NCBI GenBank assembly: GCA_027491915.1
Contig: JAOZGC010000003.1
Coordinates: 1 to 64,000 of the forward strand
DNA: 64,000 nt
DNA from: Thermoproteota archaeon
GTDB taxonomy: Archaea > Korarchaeota > Korarchaeia > Korarchaeales > Korarchaeaceae
Direction: 5' to 3'
Shown: piece after piece, positions 36,080 to 45,915 of the stretch
Layout: every line of letters starts with the position of its first letter
How positions within the stretch are numbered: position 1 is the first letter of the stretch
Program-made: the position numbers and the translations under genes
Notes under the pieces: model-generated
What the model was told of the DNA's origin: nothing
Databases searched by the model: none
The model's input: the letters and a program-made list of their open reading frames with translations, nothing else

Positions 36080-37227
36080 CCCTCGAGAGAACCTCCCAAG
36101 TAATGGGAGTAAGACACCATGGCGTCCCTCCACTCCGCCTCACCCATGAGCCCCCTTTCCATCTGCCACTTCTGCAGCCTGTAGAGCGGCTCCAGAAGGG
36201 AGGGGTCTGCCTCCAGCCTGTCCCTGATTGGCTTAAATCGGTTCGTCAGGTACTCGGCCACGAAGTTCTTCAGGTCCTGGGGGTGCACCAGCCCATTAAC
36301 GTACGCGCTCTCCAAATCGCGGTAGCTGCCGATCTTCAGGTCCCCCCCTCCGGCTGCCTTGGATCTGGGCAGGCTCACCTCACCGAGATCGTGGAGTATG
36401 AAGTACTTGAAGGCCGCCAGGATGGGATTAATCAGCCTTCCGGCCTCGTCGTACTGAGGGGCACCGCCGGGCGGACAGAACGCCATCCGGATCTTTCTTC
36501 TTATCACTTCCGGAGGATCGTGGATGGCAATGTGCGATTTGGGTATCGAGCTGCTCATCTTGCCACCCTCGATCAGCCCCGGGATTAGGGGGGTATGGAG
36601 CGCGACCGGAACCCACTTCTCATGCCTCAGTCGGACCGGCGACGAGAAGAGCTCCCTCGCGAGTGCGTGAATCTTCCTCTGATCCGTTCCGCCTATCGCC
36701 ACGTCGCATCCCAGGTATAATATATCCAGCGCCTGCATTATCGGATAAATGTGCTGTCCCACGGTGGGGTGCTTGGTTTCCCTGGCTATCATGTCCATGG
36801 CCCTCCACGCCCTGGCGGTCGTCACCCTCTGTGAGAGGACCAGGAGATCCATTATGTAGTCGGGCGAGAGCTCGAACTCGCTCCCCAAAACGATCTCGAT
36901 GGACGGGGAACCGAGGGTGCGGAAGGTCTCGGCCCAGTATGTCTCGGACACCTCCTCCAACAATTCCCTCGGTCCCTTCTTGTTGAGGAAGCCGTGAATG
37001 TCGGCCATGAGGGCCTTCGACCTGAATCCAATCTCGGTCAGCTCTGCCAGCTTCTCTATGGTCAGCAGGGTCCCCAGGTGGATCGGCCCCGAGGGCTCGT
37101 ATCCTATGTAGACGGTCGGGTGCTCAACCTCGGTTAGGACCCTCTCGAGATCCGGGAGGGTCATCACGAACTCGTCCAGCGGTTCGGCCACGTTTCTCAG
37201 AACCTTCTGCAGCCTTGATCCGCCCAA
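36076..37227 (-). CDS. tyrS: Tyrosyl-tRNA synthetase
   Basis: YIGYEPSG.IHLG, YPIMQALD, GG.DQRKIH, KMSSS. Confidence 0.95.
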   Translation of the reverse strand: MGGSRLQKVLRNVAEPLDEFVMTLPDLERVLTEVEHPTVYIGYEPSGPIHLGTLLTIEKLAELTEIGFRSKALMADIHGFLNKKGPRELLEEVSETYWAETFRTLGSPSIEIVLGSEFELSPDYIMDLLVLSQRVTTARAWRAMDMIARETKHPTVGQHIYPIMQALDILYLGCDVAIGGTDQRKIHALARELFSSPVRLRHEKWVPVALHTPLIPGLIEGGKMSSSIPKSHIAIHDPPEVIRRKIRMAFCPPGGAPQYDEAGRLINPILAAFKYFILHDLGEVSLPRSKAAGGGDLKIGSYRDLESAYVNGLVHPQDLKNFVAEYLTNRFKPIRDRLEADPSLLEPLYRLQKWQMERGLMGEAEWRDAMVSYSHYLGGSLEG

Positions 37228-37325
37228 CTGGCCTCCGGCGATCCCTCACCCGAAGTTATTAACGATGTCGCCGGGCGCCGACACCGTTAATTTATTGCCG
37301 GTCTCCCTCCGGGCGGTGGCGGCCC

Positions 37326-38786
37326 ATGCTGACCGTCAGCGACACGTTGACCGGTGACAAGAGACCCTTCGAGCCTCTGAACCCGCCGGAGGTCAAGATG
37401 TACGTCTGCGGCCCAACGGTCTACGACTCGCCCCACCTGGGACACGCTAGGGTCGCCGTCTTCTTCGACGTGGTGACCAGGTACCTCTCCCTGTTGGGCT
37501 ACAGGGTTCGTTACGTGTCAAACGTGACCGACGTGGAGGACAAGATAATCAAGAGGGCATCAGAGGAGGGAACTGACTTTTTAGAGGTCGCCCGCAGGTA
37601 CGAGAGGGAGTATTTCGCTGCCATGGCCTCGCTGGGGGTGGCCCCCCCTCTGATAGTGCCCCGGGCCACCGAGTACGTTGAGGACATGGTGGATTTCATA
37701 TCGGGCCTGGTGGAGAAGGGTCACGCGTACGTCTCCGACGGTGACGTCTACTTCGACGTCTCATCCTTTCCGGAGTACGGGAAGCTCTCTAAAGTGAGCG
37801 TAGAGGATCTGGTGGCGGGCGCCAGAGTCGAGCCGGGTGGGGGCAAGAGGAGTCCTGAGGACTTCGCCCTCTGGAAGGCGGCAAAGCCGGGGGAACCAAG
37901 TTGGCCGAGCCCGTGGGGTCCAGGAAGGCCGGGATGGCACATAGAATGCTCTGTAATGATAAACAAGACGCTCGGAGATCAGATAGACATTCACGGAGGA
38001 GGGAGCGATTTGATCTTTCCCCATCACGAGAACGAGATAGCCCAGAGCGAGGCCTACACCGGCAAATCGCCCTACGTGAGGTACTGGATGCACGTGGGCC
38101 TCGTGAGGGTGGCAGGGGAGAAGATGGCCAAATCCCTGAGGAATTACTTCCTCGTTTCCGAGGCCGTGAGGAGATGGGGGGCCGGGGGGGTGAGGCTGTG
38201 GCTCCTCTCCGCCCACTACAGATCTCCCTTAGACTTCGAAGAGTCGGCACTCGACTCTGCGGCCGCCAGGTTCGCCAGACTGAGGTCTGCGGTCCTTAGG
38301 GCCGCAGCCTACGCCGCGAGGCGCCCTCTCCCGGGGAGACTCTCACCAAGAGACGAGGCCGCCATGGCGAGGGTCTGGGAGCTGAGGGACGACTTCCACC
38401 GCGCCATGTTGGACGACTTCGGGACGCCGAGGGCGCTGGCCTCCCTGGACGGGCTGGCTGGGGTGGTCGCCGAGGCGGTTTCGGGGCGGGGGTCCCCCAC
38501 GATCGCCGCGGCGGCCGGATCCGAGCTCGTCCGCCTAGCTTCCATACTCGGCCTCGACCTGACCGCGGCCGAGGTCGGTTCTGTTTCCGGGGAGGCGCCC
38601 GTGGAACTGCTGATCAAGGTTAGGACCGAACTCAGAAAGAGGAAGATGTGGGACTTGGCTGACGAGATAAGAGAGAGGCTCGCTGAGATCGGGGTAAAGA
38701 TCGAGGACGTTGGAGAGGAGACCGTCTGGTGGTTCGAAGGCGGCGGAGGGAAGAAGTTCCCTGAGAGATCCGATCCGGGAGGTTAG
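37326..38786 (+). CDS. cysS: Cysteinyl-tRNA synthetase
   Basis: MYVCGPTVY, HLGHAR, DFALWK, PGWHIEC, FPHHENE, KMAKS. Confidence 0.96.
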   Translation: MLTVSDTLTGDKRPFEPLNPPEVKMYVCGPTVYDSPHLGHARVAVFFDVVTRYLSLLGYRVRYVSNVTDVEDKIIKRASEEGTDFLEVARRYEREYFAAMASLGVAPPLIVPRATEYVEDMVDFISGLVEKGHAYVSDGDVYFDVSSFPEYGKLSKVSVEDLVAGARVEPGGGKRSPEDFALWKAAKPGEPSWPSPWGPGRPGWHIECSVMINKTLGDQIDIHGGGSDLIFPHHENEIAQSEAYTGKSPYVRYWMHVGLVRVAGEKMAKSLRNYFLVSEAVRRWGAGGVRLWLLSAHYRSPLDFEESALDSAAARFARLRSAVLRAAAYAARRPLPGRLSPRDEAAMARVWELRDDFHRAMLDDFGTPRALASLDGLAGVVAEAVSGRGSPTIAAAAGSELVRLASILGLDLTAAEVGSVSGEAPVELLIKVRTELRKRKMWDLADEIRERLAEIGVKIEDVGEETVWWFEGGGGKKFPERSDPGG

Positions 38787-38938
38787 ATCGGCCGCCGAGG
38801 CGGGGCTCGGGCGAGGCTTGGTCGCCAGAGGTGATCTATCTCCATCCTCGCGAGGCTGGCCCTTTTCCCCGCCGATCGTCGGCCGATCTCGGCCGCCTCT
38901 CTCAACCATTTTGGAGTCGAGGAGAACCCTCTCAGGTG

Positions 38939-38999
38939 GGCCTCAGGCTAGGTCAGTGATCTCATGGCGGATCGTCGCCGTCACCAATCATCATCGGCC
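38939..38999 (-). ncRNA. Box C/D 2'-O-methylation guide sRNA
   Basis: GGCC G ATGATGA (C) TTGGTGACGGCG ACGA (D') TCCG CCATGA (C') GATCACTGACCTAGC CTGA (D) GGCC; terminal GGCC/GGCC stem; starts right after the Mut7-C stop. Confidence 0.85.
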
Positions 39000-39000
39000 T

Positions 39001-39498
39001 TCACACGCCCCCGTCGCCAATTTTTAACGATTCTGCGATCTCAGCCGCCCGACTCAACGTCTCCCTCATGTTGGCAGTTTGTCTTCCCTCCCAGTAGGCC
39101 TTGCCGCATGATCTACAGACGTACACTTTCCTGTCCCTGGGGGCGCCCGGAGGAACCGTCCGAGCGCCGCCCGCGACCTCAAGCTCCCCCCCGCATTCTG
39201 GGCACCTGGATCTGTCTGGGTCGAACTCGAGCCTCACGCCAGCCTCTGCAGACAGCCAAGCGAGTACCCTCTCTATCCTATCCTGGGGGACCAGCAAGAC
39301 CTTAACCCCCCTCTTTAGCGCCCTGGCCGCCAGCTCCCTGTCCCGAGTCAGCAGGGTGTAATTCCCCTCGGCGCAGGCCTCGACTACGTCTAGGTCTCCC
39401 CTCAGCCCCATCTGCCGCGGTTCGTGGGCCTCAAACCCCAGGATCCTCAGCCACCTGAGCACATCCCCCAGCATAGAATCGCACAGGAAACTCTCCAA
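39001..39498 (-). CDS. Mut7-C/DUF82 RNase-domain protein
   Basis: FLCDSMLG...RWLRILG, LLTRD, SRCPECGG, C..CGK.YW.G. Confidence 0.88.
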   Translation of the reverse strand: MESFLCDSMLGDVLRWLRILGFEAHEPRQMGLRGDLDVVEACAEGNYTLLTRDRELAARALKRGVKVLLVPQDRIERVLAWLSAEAGVRLEFDPDRSRCPECGGELEVAGGARTVPPGAPRDRKVYVCRSCGKAYWEGRQTANMRETLSRAAEIAESLKIGDGGV

Positions 39499-39725
39499 CT
39501 CTCCGTACCCCTGGCGCACTGCCCAAGGCGGTCTATCCATCTAAAATTCGTCGCGGAGCTACCTGACCGAGTCCACCCGCGCGGGTTCTCCGGACAACCT
39601 CCGGACAGCCCAGCGGGGGCCTCCTCTCCGGGCAGGTTGACTTGACCGGTCTGGAGTCGCGGCAGCCCCGCGGTGCGGCCGGGGGATATCCCGGCCCAAT
39701 CGGGACTCCCCCGGTAAGCTCAGCG

Positions 39726-39827
39726 TGGTAGCCCCGCCCGGATTCTCGCCCGATCCGATCGATCGGGATTCGAACCGGGGTCCCCAGGTCCAGAGCCTGG
39801 TGTGCTTGGCCGCTACACCACGGGGCT
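39726..39827 (-). tRNA. tRNA-Gln(CTG) with 26-nt T-loop intron at 59/60 (39743-39768)
   Basis: CCAGG CT CTG GA CCTGG; BHB TTCG AA|T CCCGATC..GATCGGG CGAG AA|T. Confidence 0.93.
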
Positions 39828-39896
39828 GTGGTGGCGATGTCTCCGTCGGATAAAAATGTTGCCCCGCTCGCCCACGCCTCCCTCGCCCCAGATCTC

Positions 39897-41069
39897 TCAT
39901 CCCCGGCCGGGATCCACCGACGTTTCGGTCCCCCGCCGAGTCCCGGCTATGGCAGACCTGACCGCCTCTACCGGATCCTCAAACACCGTCAGCCCAGCCT
40001 CCCTCAAGATCCTTCTCCCCTCCTCTGCCGCGTTGCCTGACAGCCTGACGTACAACCTGTTACTGCTCAATCCGACGGACTCCACCGCCTCGACTATCCC
40101 CCGGGCGACCTCCTCTCCCGAGGTTATGCCGCAGAGGGCGTTGACCACAACATTCCGGACCCGAGGATTTGACGTTATGATCTCCATGGCGGCGGCCACC
40201 CGGTCGGCCGACGCCCCCCCACCGACGTCGCAGAAGTTCGCGGGTCGCCCGCCCATGAGGCTCACCAGGTCCATCGTCGCCATCGCCAGGCCAGCCCCGT
40301 TGGCGACGGTCCCCACATCCCCGTCCAGCTCGACGTACGCCAATCCAGCCTCCTCGGCCTTCGCCTCCCGTGGATTAGCCCTGACGGAAGGTCTCCTCCC
40401 AAATTCTTTGTGCCTGAAGAGCGCGTTGTCGTCCACCTCCAGGTGGGCGTCCAGGGCCACGGCCGTCCCATCTCCGAGCAGGCCGAGCGGGTTAACCTCG
40501 AGCAGCAGCGCGTCTGTGTCCACGATCAGCCTCCAGAGGGATGATATGACGTCGGCCACGGCCCGGGCGGCAGCCCTCCCCCCATCGCCGACCGCGTTGG
40601 CCGCCAACCTCCTGGCCTGATGGGGCAGCAGGCCCAGGAGGGGATCCACCTCCTCCCTCAGGAGATCGTCTGGGTACCTGCGCGCGGCCTCCTCTATGTC
40701 CATTCCCCCGTGGGGGGTCGTAACGAAGACCATCGACCTGGAGGATCTGTCCAGGACGCACCCCGCGTACACCTCATCCTCGACGTCGATGAACTCCTCC
40801 ACCAGCAGGCCCTCCGGCCTGTGCCCCGAGAACTCTCTGGATAGGAGATCGCGGGCCGTCCTCTCCGCCTCTTCCTCATCCCGCACGATCACCACCCCGC
40901 CGGCCTTCCCCCTGCCTCCCACTGGGACCTGAACCTTGAGGACCGCCGGCCACCCCACCTCGTCCGCCGAGCGAGCGGCTCCCTCTGGATCGGCGGCGAA
41001 CCGGTACCTTGGAGTCGGCACCCCGGCCGCCCTGAGTAGATCCTTGGCCTCCCTCTCCAGCAGCCTCAT
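39897..41069 (-). CDS. sucC: Succinyl-CoA synthetase beta subunit
   Basis: GGRGKAGG, GGMDIE, EVNPL, DDNALFRH, NGAGLAMATMD, PANFCDVGG. Confidence 0.94.
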   Translation of the reverse strand: MRLLEREAKDLLRAAGVPTPRYRFAADPEGAARSADEVGWPAVLKVQVPVGGRGKAGGVVIVRDEEEAERTARDLLSREFSGHRPEGLLVEEFIDVEDEVYAGCVLDRSSRSMVFVTTPHGGMDIEEAARRYPDDLLREEVDPLLGLLPHQARRLAANAVGDGGRAAARAVADVISSLWRLIVDTDALLLEVNPLGLLGDGTAVALDAHLEVDDNALFRHKEFGRRPSVRANPREAKAEEAGLAYVELDGDVGTVANGAGLAMATMDLVSLMGGRPANFCDVGGGASADRVAAAMEIITSNPRVRNVVVNALCGITSGEEVARGIVEAVESVGLSSNRLYVRLSGNAAEEGRRILREAGLTVFEDPVEAVRSAIAGTRRGTETSVDPGRG

Positions 41070-41122
41070 CCGGCCGCGCCGCCCTGAGAAACCGATTTAA
41101 CCTTGAACCGCCGCCCGGCTGG

Positions 41123-41995
41123 ATGCCGGCGATCCTGAGGGGGAACTTGCCCACCCTGGTCCAGGGCATAACCGGAAGGCAGGGGCGGCTCCACACCAGG
41201 CTGATGCTGGACTACGGCACAGAGATCGTCGCGGGGGTCACCCCGGGGAGGGGGGGCTCCAAGGTGGAGGGGGTCCCGGTGTTCGACTCGGTTGCCGAGG
41301 CCCTGGATGAGGTCGGCCCGATCGAGGCCTCCGTAATATTCGTCCCGGCTCCCCACGCCTACGACGCCGTCTTGGAGGCGATCAGATCTGGGATAGGTCT
41401 CGTCGTGGTGATAACCGAGCACATCCCCGTCCATGACGCTATGAGGTTCATCAGGTACGCCAGGCTAGTCGGCGCCACGGTGATCGGACCGAACACCCCG
41501 GGCCTGATAGCCCCCTCCCTGGGGGTCAAGCTGGGGATAGCCCCTTCGTCCGCCTTCTCCCCCGGATCAACGGCCATAATATCCAGGAGCGGGACCTTGA
41601 CCTACGAGGTCTCCCTCTCCCTCTCATCCGCGGGCTACGGCACTTCCATAACCATCGGCCTGGGGGGCGATCCGGTCACCGGATTGGACTTCGTGGACGT
41701 GCTGGAGGAGGTCAGGTGCGATCCAGACACGGACTCCGTAGTCTTGGTGGGTGAGATAGGAGGGACTGCTGAAGAGGAGGCGGCCGAATACCTCTCTAGG
41801 GGATACCCCAAGCCGGTGGTAGCCTACGTGGCCGGGAGGACCGCCCCCCCGGGGAGGACCATGGGGCACGCCGGGGCGATAATCTCCGGGGGGCGGGGCA
41901 CCGCCGAGAGCAAGATCAGGGCCCTAGAGGCCGCCGGAGTCCCCGTCGCCGAGACCCCCTTCGACATCCCCAGGCTGCTCTCCGGCCTCCGCTGA
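41123..41995 (+). CDS. sucD: Succinyl-CoA synthetase alpha subunit
   Basis: QGITG, GPNTPG, SRSGTLTYE, GGDP, GEIGG, MGHAGA. Confidence 0.95.
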   Translation: MPAILRGNLPTLVQGITGRQGRLHTRLMLDYGTEIVAGVTPGRGGSKVEGVPVFDSVAEALDEVGPIEASVIFVPAPHAYDAVLEAIRSGIGLVVVITEHIPVHDAMRFIRYARLVGATVIGPNTPGLIAPSLGVKLGIAPSSAFSPGSTAIISRSGTLTYEVSLSLSSAGYGTSITIGLGGDPVTGLDFVDVLEEVRCDPDTDSVVLVGEIGGTAEEEAAEYLSRGYPKPVVAYVAGRTAPPGRTMGHAGAIISGGRGTAESKIRALEAAGVPVAETPFDIPRLLSGLR

Positions 41996-42268
41996 CTCAC
42001 CGGCCTCCTCCCGAGATTGAGGCCCGCGAACCCCCAGCGGCGGTATGGACACCTCGGCCCTGGACGCCTCCCTCTCTCCCTCCTCCGTCAGAGAGAAGAA
42101 GCTGTATCCTCCGTGCCTGAAGGATCTGATGAGTCCCCTCTTCTCCAGTTCGTCGATCGCCCGCAGGATCCTCCCCACGGAGATGCCCGTCTCCCTGACG
42201 AGCTCCCTCATGTGGACGGTCGTCTTACCCCTGAGCGCCCTAAGCACTGCCTTCTCGACGTCCCCCAT
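41924..42268 (-). CDS. Winged-helix DNA-binding protein
   Basis: ELVRETGIS...I..AI.ELEKRGLI...LTEEG; tail overlaps the sucD 3' end. Confidence 0.6.
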   Translation of the reverse strand: MGDVEKAVLRALRGKTTVHMRELVRETGISVGRILRAIDELEKRGLIRSFRHGGYSFFSLTEEGEREASRAEVSIPPLGVRGPQSREEAGESAEAGEQPGDVEGGLGDGDSGGL

Positions 42269-42363
42269 ATCAGAGGGCACGGGCGAAGCGGCGCCCCGGG
42301 ATAATATAAGATGCGGGCGCAACTTTATGAATGCGCCAGTGAGCCCGGACCGGGGTGAACCCG

Positions 42364-42528
42364 ATGCCGATAGAGGATCCCGTCAAGAGGAGGATAGCGG
42401 CCAAGGCCCTCCTCGAGTACAAGATATGCAGGAAATGCGGCGCGAAGAATCCCATTGGGGCCACCAAGTGCAGGAGGTGCAGGAGCAAGAATCTCAGACT
42501 CAAGAGAACTAAACTCAGCAGGAGGTGA
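42364..42528 (+). CDS. rpl40e: 50S ribosomal protein L40e (not in ORF track)
   Basis: KICRKCGAKNPIGATKCRRCRSKNLRLK. Confidence 0.93.
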   Translation: MPIEDPVKRRIAAKALLEYKICRKCGAKNPIGATKCRRCRSKNLRLKRTKLSRR

Positions 42529-42546
42529 GGTTCACCCTCGTGTTGC

Positions 42547-42622
42547 GGGCCCGTAGCTCAGCACGGATCAGAGCGCCGGCCTGCGGAGCCGGAGGCCGCG
42601 GGTTCGAGTCCCGCCGGGCCCG
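42547..42622 (+). tRNA. tRNA-Arg(GCG)
   Basis: CCGGC CT GCG GA GCCGG. Confidence 0.95.
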
Positions 42623-42715
42623 CTCTCAGGATGGTCGGCGGGCGCAGTTTTAATCTCCCCCGGGGCCGAATTCGGGGTGTGAGCTCTGTCGGAGTCAGAG
42701 CCGGGACGAGGTTCC

Positions 42716-42898
42716 GTGGAACTAGGAGAGTGCTCTGTGATCGGGTGCGGAGAGCCCGCCGTTAAGGTGGTCGGGAGGAGGTACCTGCCGGCCCTGCAGG
42801 CCCTGAAGCTGAGGGTGAACCCCAGGGTCAGGGAGTTTCCGCTCTGCAAGAAGCACTACAAGATGGCCAGGGAGGCCCTCAAGGAGCTCTCCAGGTGA
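42716..42898 (+). CDS. Small Zn-binding hypothetical protein
   Basis: CSVIGC...LCKKHYK motif. Confidence 0.65.
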   Translation: MELGECSVIGCGEPAVKVVGRRYLPALQALKLRVNPRVREFPLCKKHYKMAREALKELSR

Positions 42899-43499
42899 TC
42901 TCCCACACCACCAACTCTTCGAACCTGAGGGCCCTCCTTCCCACGATCCGTCCGGTCAGGCCGATAGACGCGATCTCCTCTATGGTCTCTCTGATTCCGT
43001 TCCTCACCGACTGGAGGATCAGGGCCCTCCCGGCGGGAGAGAGGACTTCGGGCAGGCCGCGCAGGAGCCTGTCCAGGAAGGCCCGGCCCCGCGGGAGTCC
43101 CCCGGCCCACGCGGCCGACTCAACGTCTCTCGGCTCCTCGGCCAGGTATGGCGGGTTTGATATCACCAGGTCGAACTTTTCATCCCTGATCGGGGAGAAC
43201 AAATCCCCCAGACGGGCCTCGAACGATCCGTCCAGCCCGGCCGCTTCTGCGTTTTCCCTGGCGGCCGCCACCGCCGAAGGATTCACGTCCACTCCGACGA
43301 CCATAGCCGCCCCGCGGGCTGACGCCAGTATGCCCAAGATCCCGCATCCGGTGCCCACGTCCAGGACCCTGAGGCCTGAGACCTCCTCACCGAGGAGTAC
43401 CTCCGCCAGGAGCTCCGTGTCCTCGGCTGGCGGATAAACCCCAGGGGGAACTCGGAACCGGAGCCGTCCGAGTTTGAACAGCCTATTCGGCCCGCTCAC
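42879..43499 (-). CDS. HemK2/Mtq2-family methyltransferase
   Basis: VYPPAEDT.LL, LDVGTGCG, SNPPY; GTGA overlap with rsmA. Confidence 0.88.
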   Translation of the reverse strand: MSGPNRLFKLGRLRFRVPPGVYPPAEDTELLAEVLLGEEVSGLRVLDVGTGCGILGILASARGAAMVVGVDVNPSAVAAARENAEAAGLDGSFEARLGDLFSPIRDEKFDLVISNPPYLAEEPRDVESAAWAGGLPRGRAFLDRLLRGLPEVLSPAGRALILQSVRNGIRETIEEIASIGLTGRIVGRRALRFEELVVWEITWRAP

Positions 43500-44350
43500 C
43501 CGACCACCTCCAGGAGATATTCCGCGAGCCTGAGATAATCCCCCGGCGTGAGCTCGTACGCCCTGGACCCCAGGTCCACCGGGGCCATCTCGGCGTCCAA
43601 CTCCGGGTCGCGGCTTCCCATCCTCCTCAACCACGATATCAGGGGGGTCCTGATGAGCCTTCTCTTTTTGAAGAAGACGTGGGGAAGAAACTGCTTCAAC
43701 ACCAGCAGCCTGGGGTCTGAGGGGGGGACCTCCGGCCTCGGCCTCATGCTCAGCACGGCCGCCTCGACGCTGGGCCTGGGATAGAAGACCTGAGGCGCCA
43801 GTATGGCCCTGACCTTCACCTCGAACCTCGCCTGAGTCAACACGCTGAGGCTGCCGTAGTTACCCTCGCCCGGCATCGCGATCAGCCTATGAGCGAATTC
43901 CCTCTGGAGGGACAGACCTATCGACTTAACCTCCCTGAAGATCAGGTGAAGGATCAACCTCGAGGATATCCCGAAGGGAGGATTGGACGCGACCGAATCG
44001 AATTCCAGCCGCCTCAAAACCCGGGGCGCCTCTCCCACGACGACCTCCACTGGTCTGCCGGCGAACCTCTCTCTCAAGCGGGCTCCCAACCTGGGATCCA
44101 CCTCGACGGCAACCACAGAGTCGGCTCCCGCCGCCAGTATGGCCTCGGTCAGGTTCCCCGCCCCGGCGCCCACCTCTAGGACCTTAAGCCCGCGCACGCC
44201 CCCCGCCTCGACTATGATCTCCAGCGCCCTCCTGGATATCAGGTGGTGCTGCCCCAGTTCCCTGGACGGCCTCGCCAGGGTCTCTCTCAGCAGGTCAGTC
44301 ACCTCTTTCCGGAGGTCGGGATCCCACCGCCTCACGTACTCGGGGGGCAC
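43496..44350 (-). CDS. rsmA: 16S rRNA dimethyladenosine transferase
   Basis: LGQH.L, LEVGAG.G.LT, SNPPF.ISS, QREFA.RL, YG.LSV, F.PRP.V. Confidence 0.92.
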   Translation of the reverse strand: MPPEYVRRWDPDLRKEVTDLLRETLARPSRELGQHHLISRRALEIIVEAGGVRGLKVLEVGAGAGNLTEAILAAGADSVVAVEVDPRLGARLRERFAGRPVEVVVGEAPRVLRRLEFDSVASNPPFGISSRLILHLIFREVKSIGLSLQREFAHRLIAMPGEGNYGSLSVLTQARFEVKVRAILAPQVFYPRPSVEAAVLSMRPRPEVPPSDPRLLVLKQFLPHVFFKKRRLIRTPLISWLRRMGSRDPELDAEMAPVDLGSRAYELTPGDYLRLAEYLLEVVG

Positions 44351-44411
44351 GCGACGCCGGCCGCCGCTGCCTATTTATCCCCCTCCCGAGGGAGGGGCGG
44401 GAGGTGCTCGC

Positions 44412-45863
44412 ATGTCGGCGGCCTCCGTCTTGGAGAGGATCGACGAGGTAAGGTGGATGCTGCCTCGGTCTTACAAGAGCGGGATGAGGGTGCCGGGACT
44501 GGTCATCGCGACGGAGAAGCTCTTGCGCCACATAGAGAGAAAGTCCCTGGACCAGCTGGCCAACGTGGCCTCCCTGCCCGGAATATACAGGTACTCCATG
44601 GCCATGCCCGACGTGCACACCGGGTACGGCTTTCCGATAGGGGGCGTCGCGGCGTTCGACGCCTACGACGGTGTGATCAGTCCCGGAGGGGTCGGCTTCG
44701 ACATAAATTGCGGCGTCAGGGTTCTAAGAACAGATCTCCGTGAGGAGGATGTCAGACCACTCCTGTCTCGACTCGTGGAGACGATCTTCTCCATGGTCCC
44801 GTCTGGGCTTGGAAGCAGGGGGAGACTCAGGCTGAGCGAGCCCCAGATAGACGAGGTATTGATGAGAGGGGCAAGGTGGGCGGTCGATCAGGGATACGGG
44901 TGGGATCAGGACCTGGCCCACACCGAGGAGGGCGGATGCATGGAGGGCGCCGATCCCTCTGTCGTGAGCAGCAGGGCCAAGAGGAGGGGGGCTCCTCAGC
45001 TGGGGACGCTGGGAAGCGGAAACCACTTCTTGGAGGTCCAGGTGGTGGATAAGATATACGATGAGGCCGCAGCGCGGGCTCTGGGGATAGAGGGTCCCGG
45101 CCAGGTTACCGTCATGATCCACACCGGCAGCAGGGGGCTTGGCCACCAGGTGGCCTCCGACTTCCTGGAGGAGATGCTCTCCAGGGCCGGTCAACTCGAT
45201 TTCCGGCTCCCCGACAGGCAGCTGATATGCGCCTACGCCGGGACCAAGACCGCGGAGCGGTACTTCGCGGCCATGCGTGGGGCGGCCAACTACGCGTGGG
45301 CCAACCGGCAGATCATAATGCACTGGGTCAGGCAGGCCTTCGAGAGGGTGCTCGGCAGGAGCCCCGAGGACCTCGGCATGAGGTTGATCTACGACGTGGC
45401 CCACAACATAGCCAAGCTCGAGGAGCACGAGGTGGACGGCAGGACGGTTAGAGTTTACGTTCACAGGAAGGGGGCGACCAGAGCCTTCCCCCCAGGGAGA
45501 CCGGAGCTGCCTCCAGACTACAGGGAGGTGGGCCAGCCCGTCTTGATACCGGGATCCGAGGGGACCGCCTCCTACATCCTGATCGGAACTCGGAGGGCCA
45601 TGGAGGAGACCTTCGGCTCCGCGGCCCACGGGGCTGGCAGGATGATGAGCCGCTCGGCAGCCAAGAGGACCTACCGGGGAAGGCAGATAGTGGAGCAGCT
45701 GGCCAGCCGGGGGATAATAGTGAAACCGGCATCCTTCGCGGTGGCTGCCGAGGAGGCTCCCGGGGCCTACAAAGACGTGGACGAGGTCGCCTTGGCCACC
45801 CACAAGGCGGGCATAGCCAGGCTGGTCGTCAGGATGAGACCGATGGGAGTGGTCAAGGGTTGA
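44412..45863 (+). CDS. rtcB: tRNA-splicing ligase RtcB
   Basis: MPDVH.GYGFPIG, GFDINCG, GSGNHF, HTGSRG, HN, HRKGAT, HGAGR. Confidence 0.97.
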   Translation: MSAASVLERIDEVRWMLPRSYKSGMRVPGLVIATEKLLRHIERKSLDQLANVASLPGIYRYSMAMPDVHTGYGFPIGGVAAFDAYDGVISPGGVGFDINCGVRVLRTDLREEDVRPLLSRLVETIFSMVPSGLGSRGRLRLSEPQIDEVLMRGARWAVDQGYGWDQDLAHTEEGGCMEGADPSVVSSRAKRRGAPQLGTLGSGNHFLEVQVVDKIYDEAAARALGIEGPGQVTVMIHTGSRGLGHQVASDFLEEMLSRAGQLDFRLPDRQLICAYAGTKTAERYFAAMRGAANYAWANRQIIMHWVRQAFERVLGRSPEDLGMRLIYDVAHNIAKLEEHEVDGRTVRVYVHRKGATRAFPPGRPELPPDYREVGQPVLIPGSEGTASYILIGTRRAMEETFGSAAHGAGRMMSRSAAKRTYRGRQIVEQLASRGIIVKPASFAVAAEEAPGAYKDVDEVALATHKAGIARLVVRMRPMGVVKG

Positions 45864-45915
45864 GGCGGACCGAGCCTTAATAAACGGGCCGCGTGTCGCG
45901 GGTGGGTGCCCCGGC

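Noticed and set aside
36425-36475. In-frame insertion in tyrS (GGAPQYDEAGRL) as another intron
   Set aside because: A CCGG/CCGG helix is possible but there is no inner stem in BHB geometry, and the frame is intact
39560-39720. ncRNA downstream of tRNA-Gln(CTG)
   Set aside because: No C/D, H/ACA, SRP or RNase P motifs recognised; only short GC hairpins
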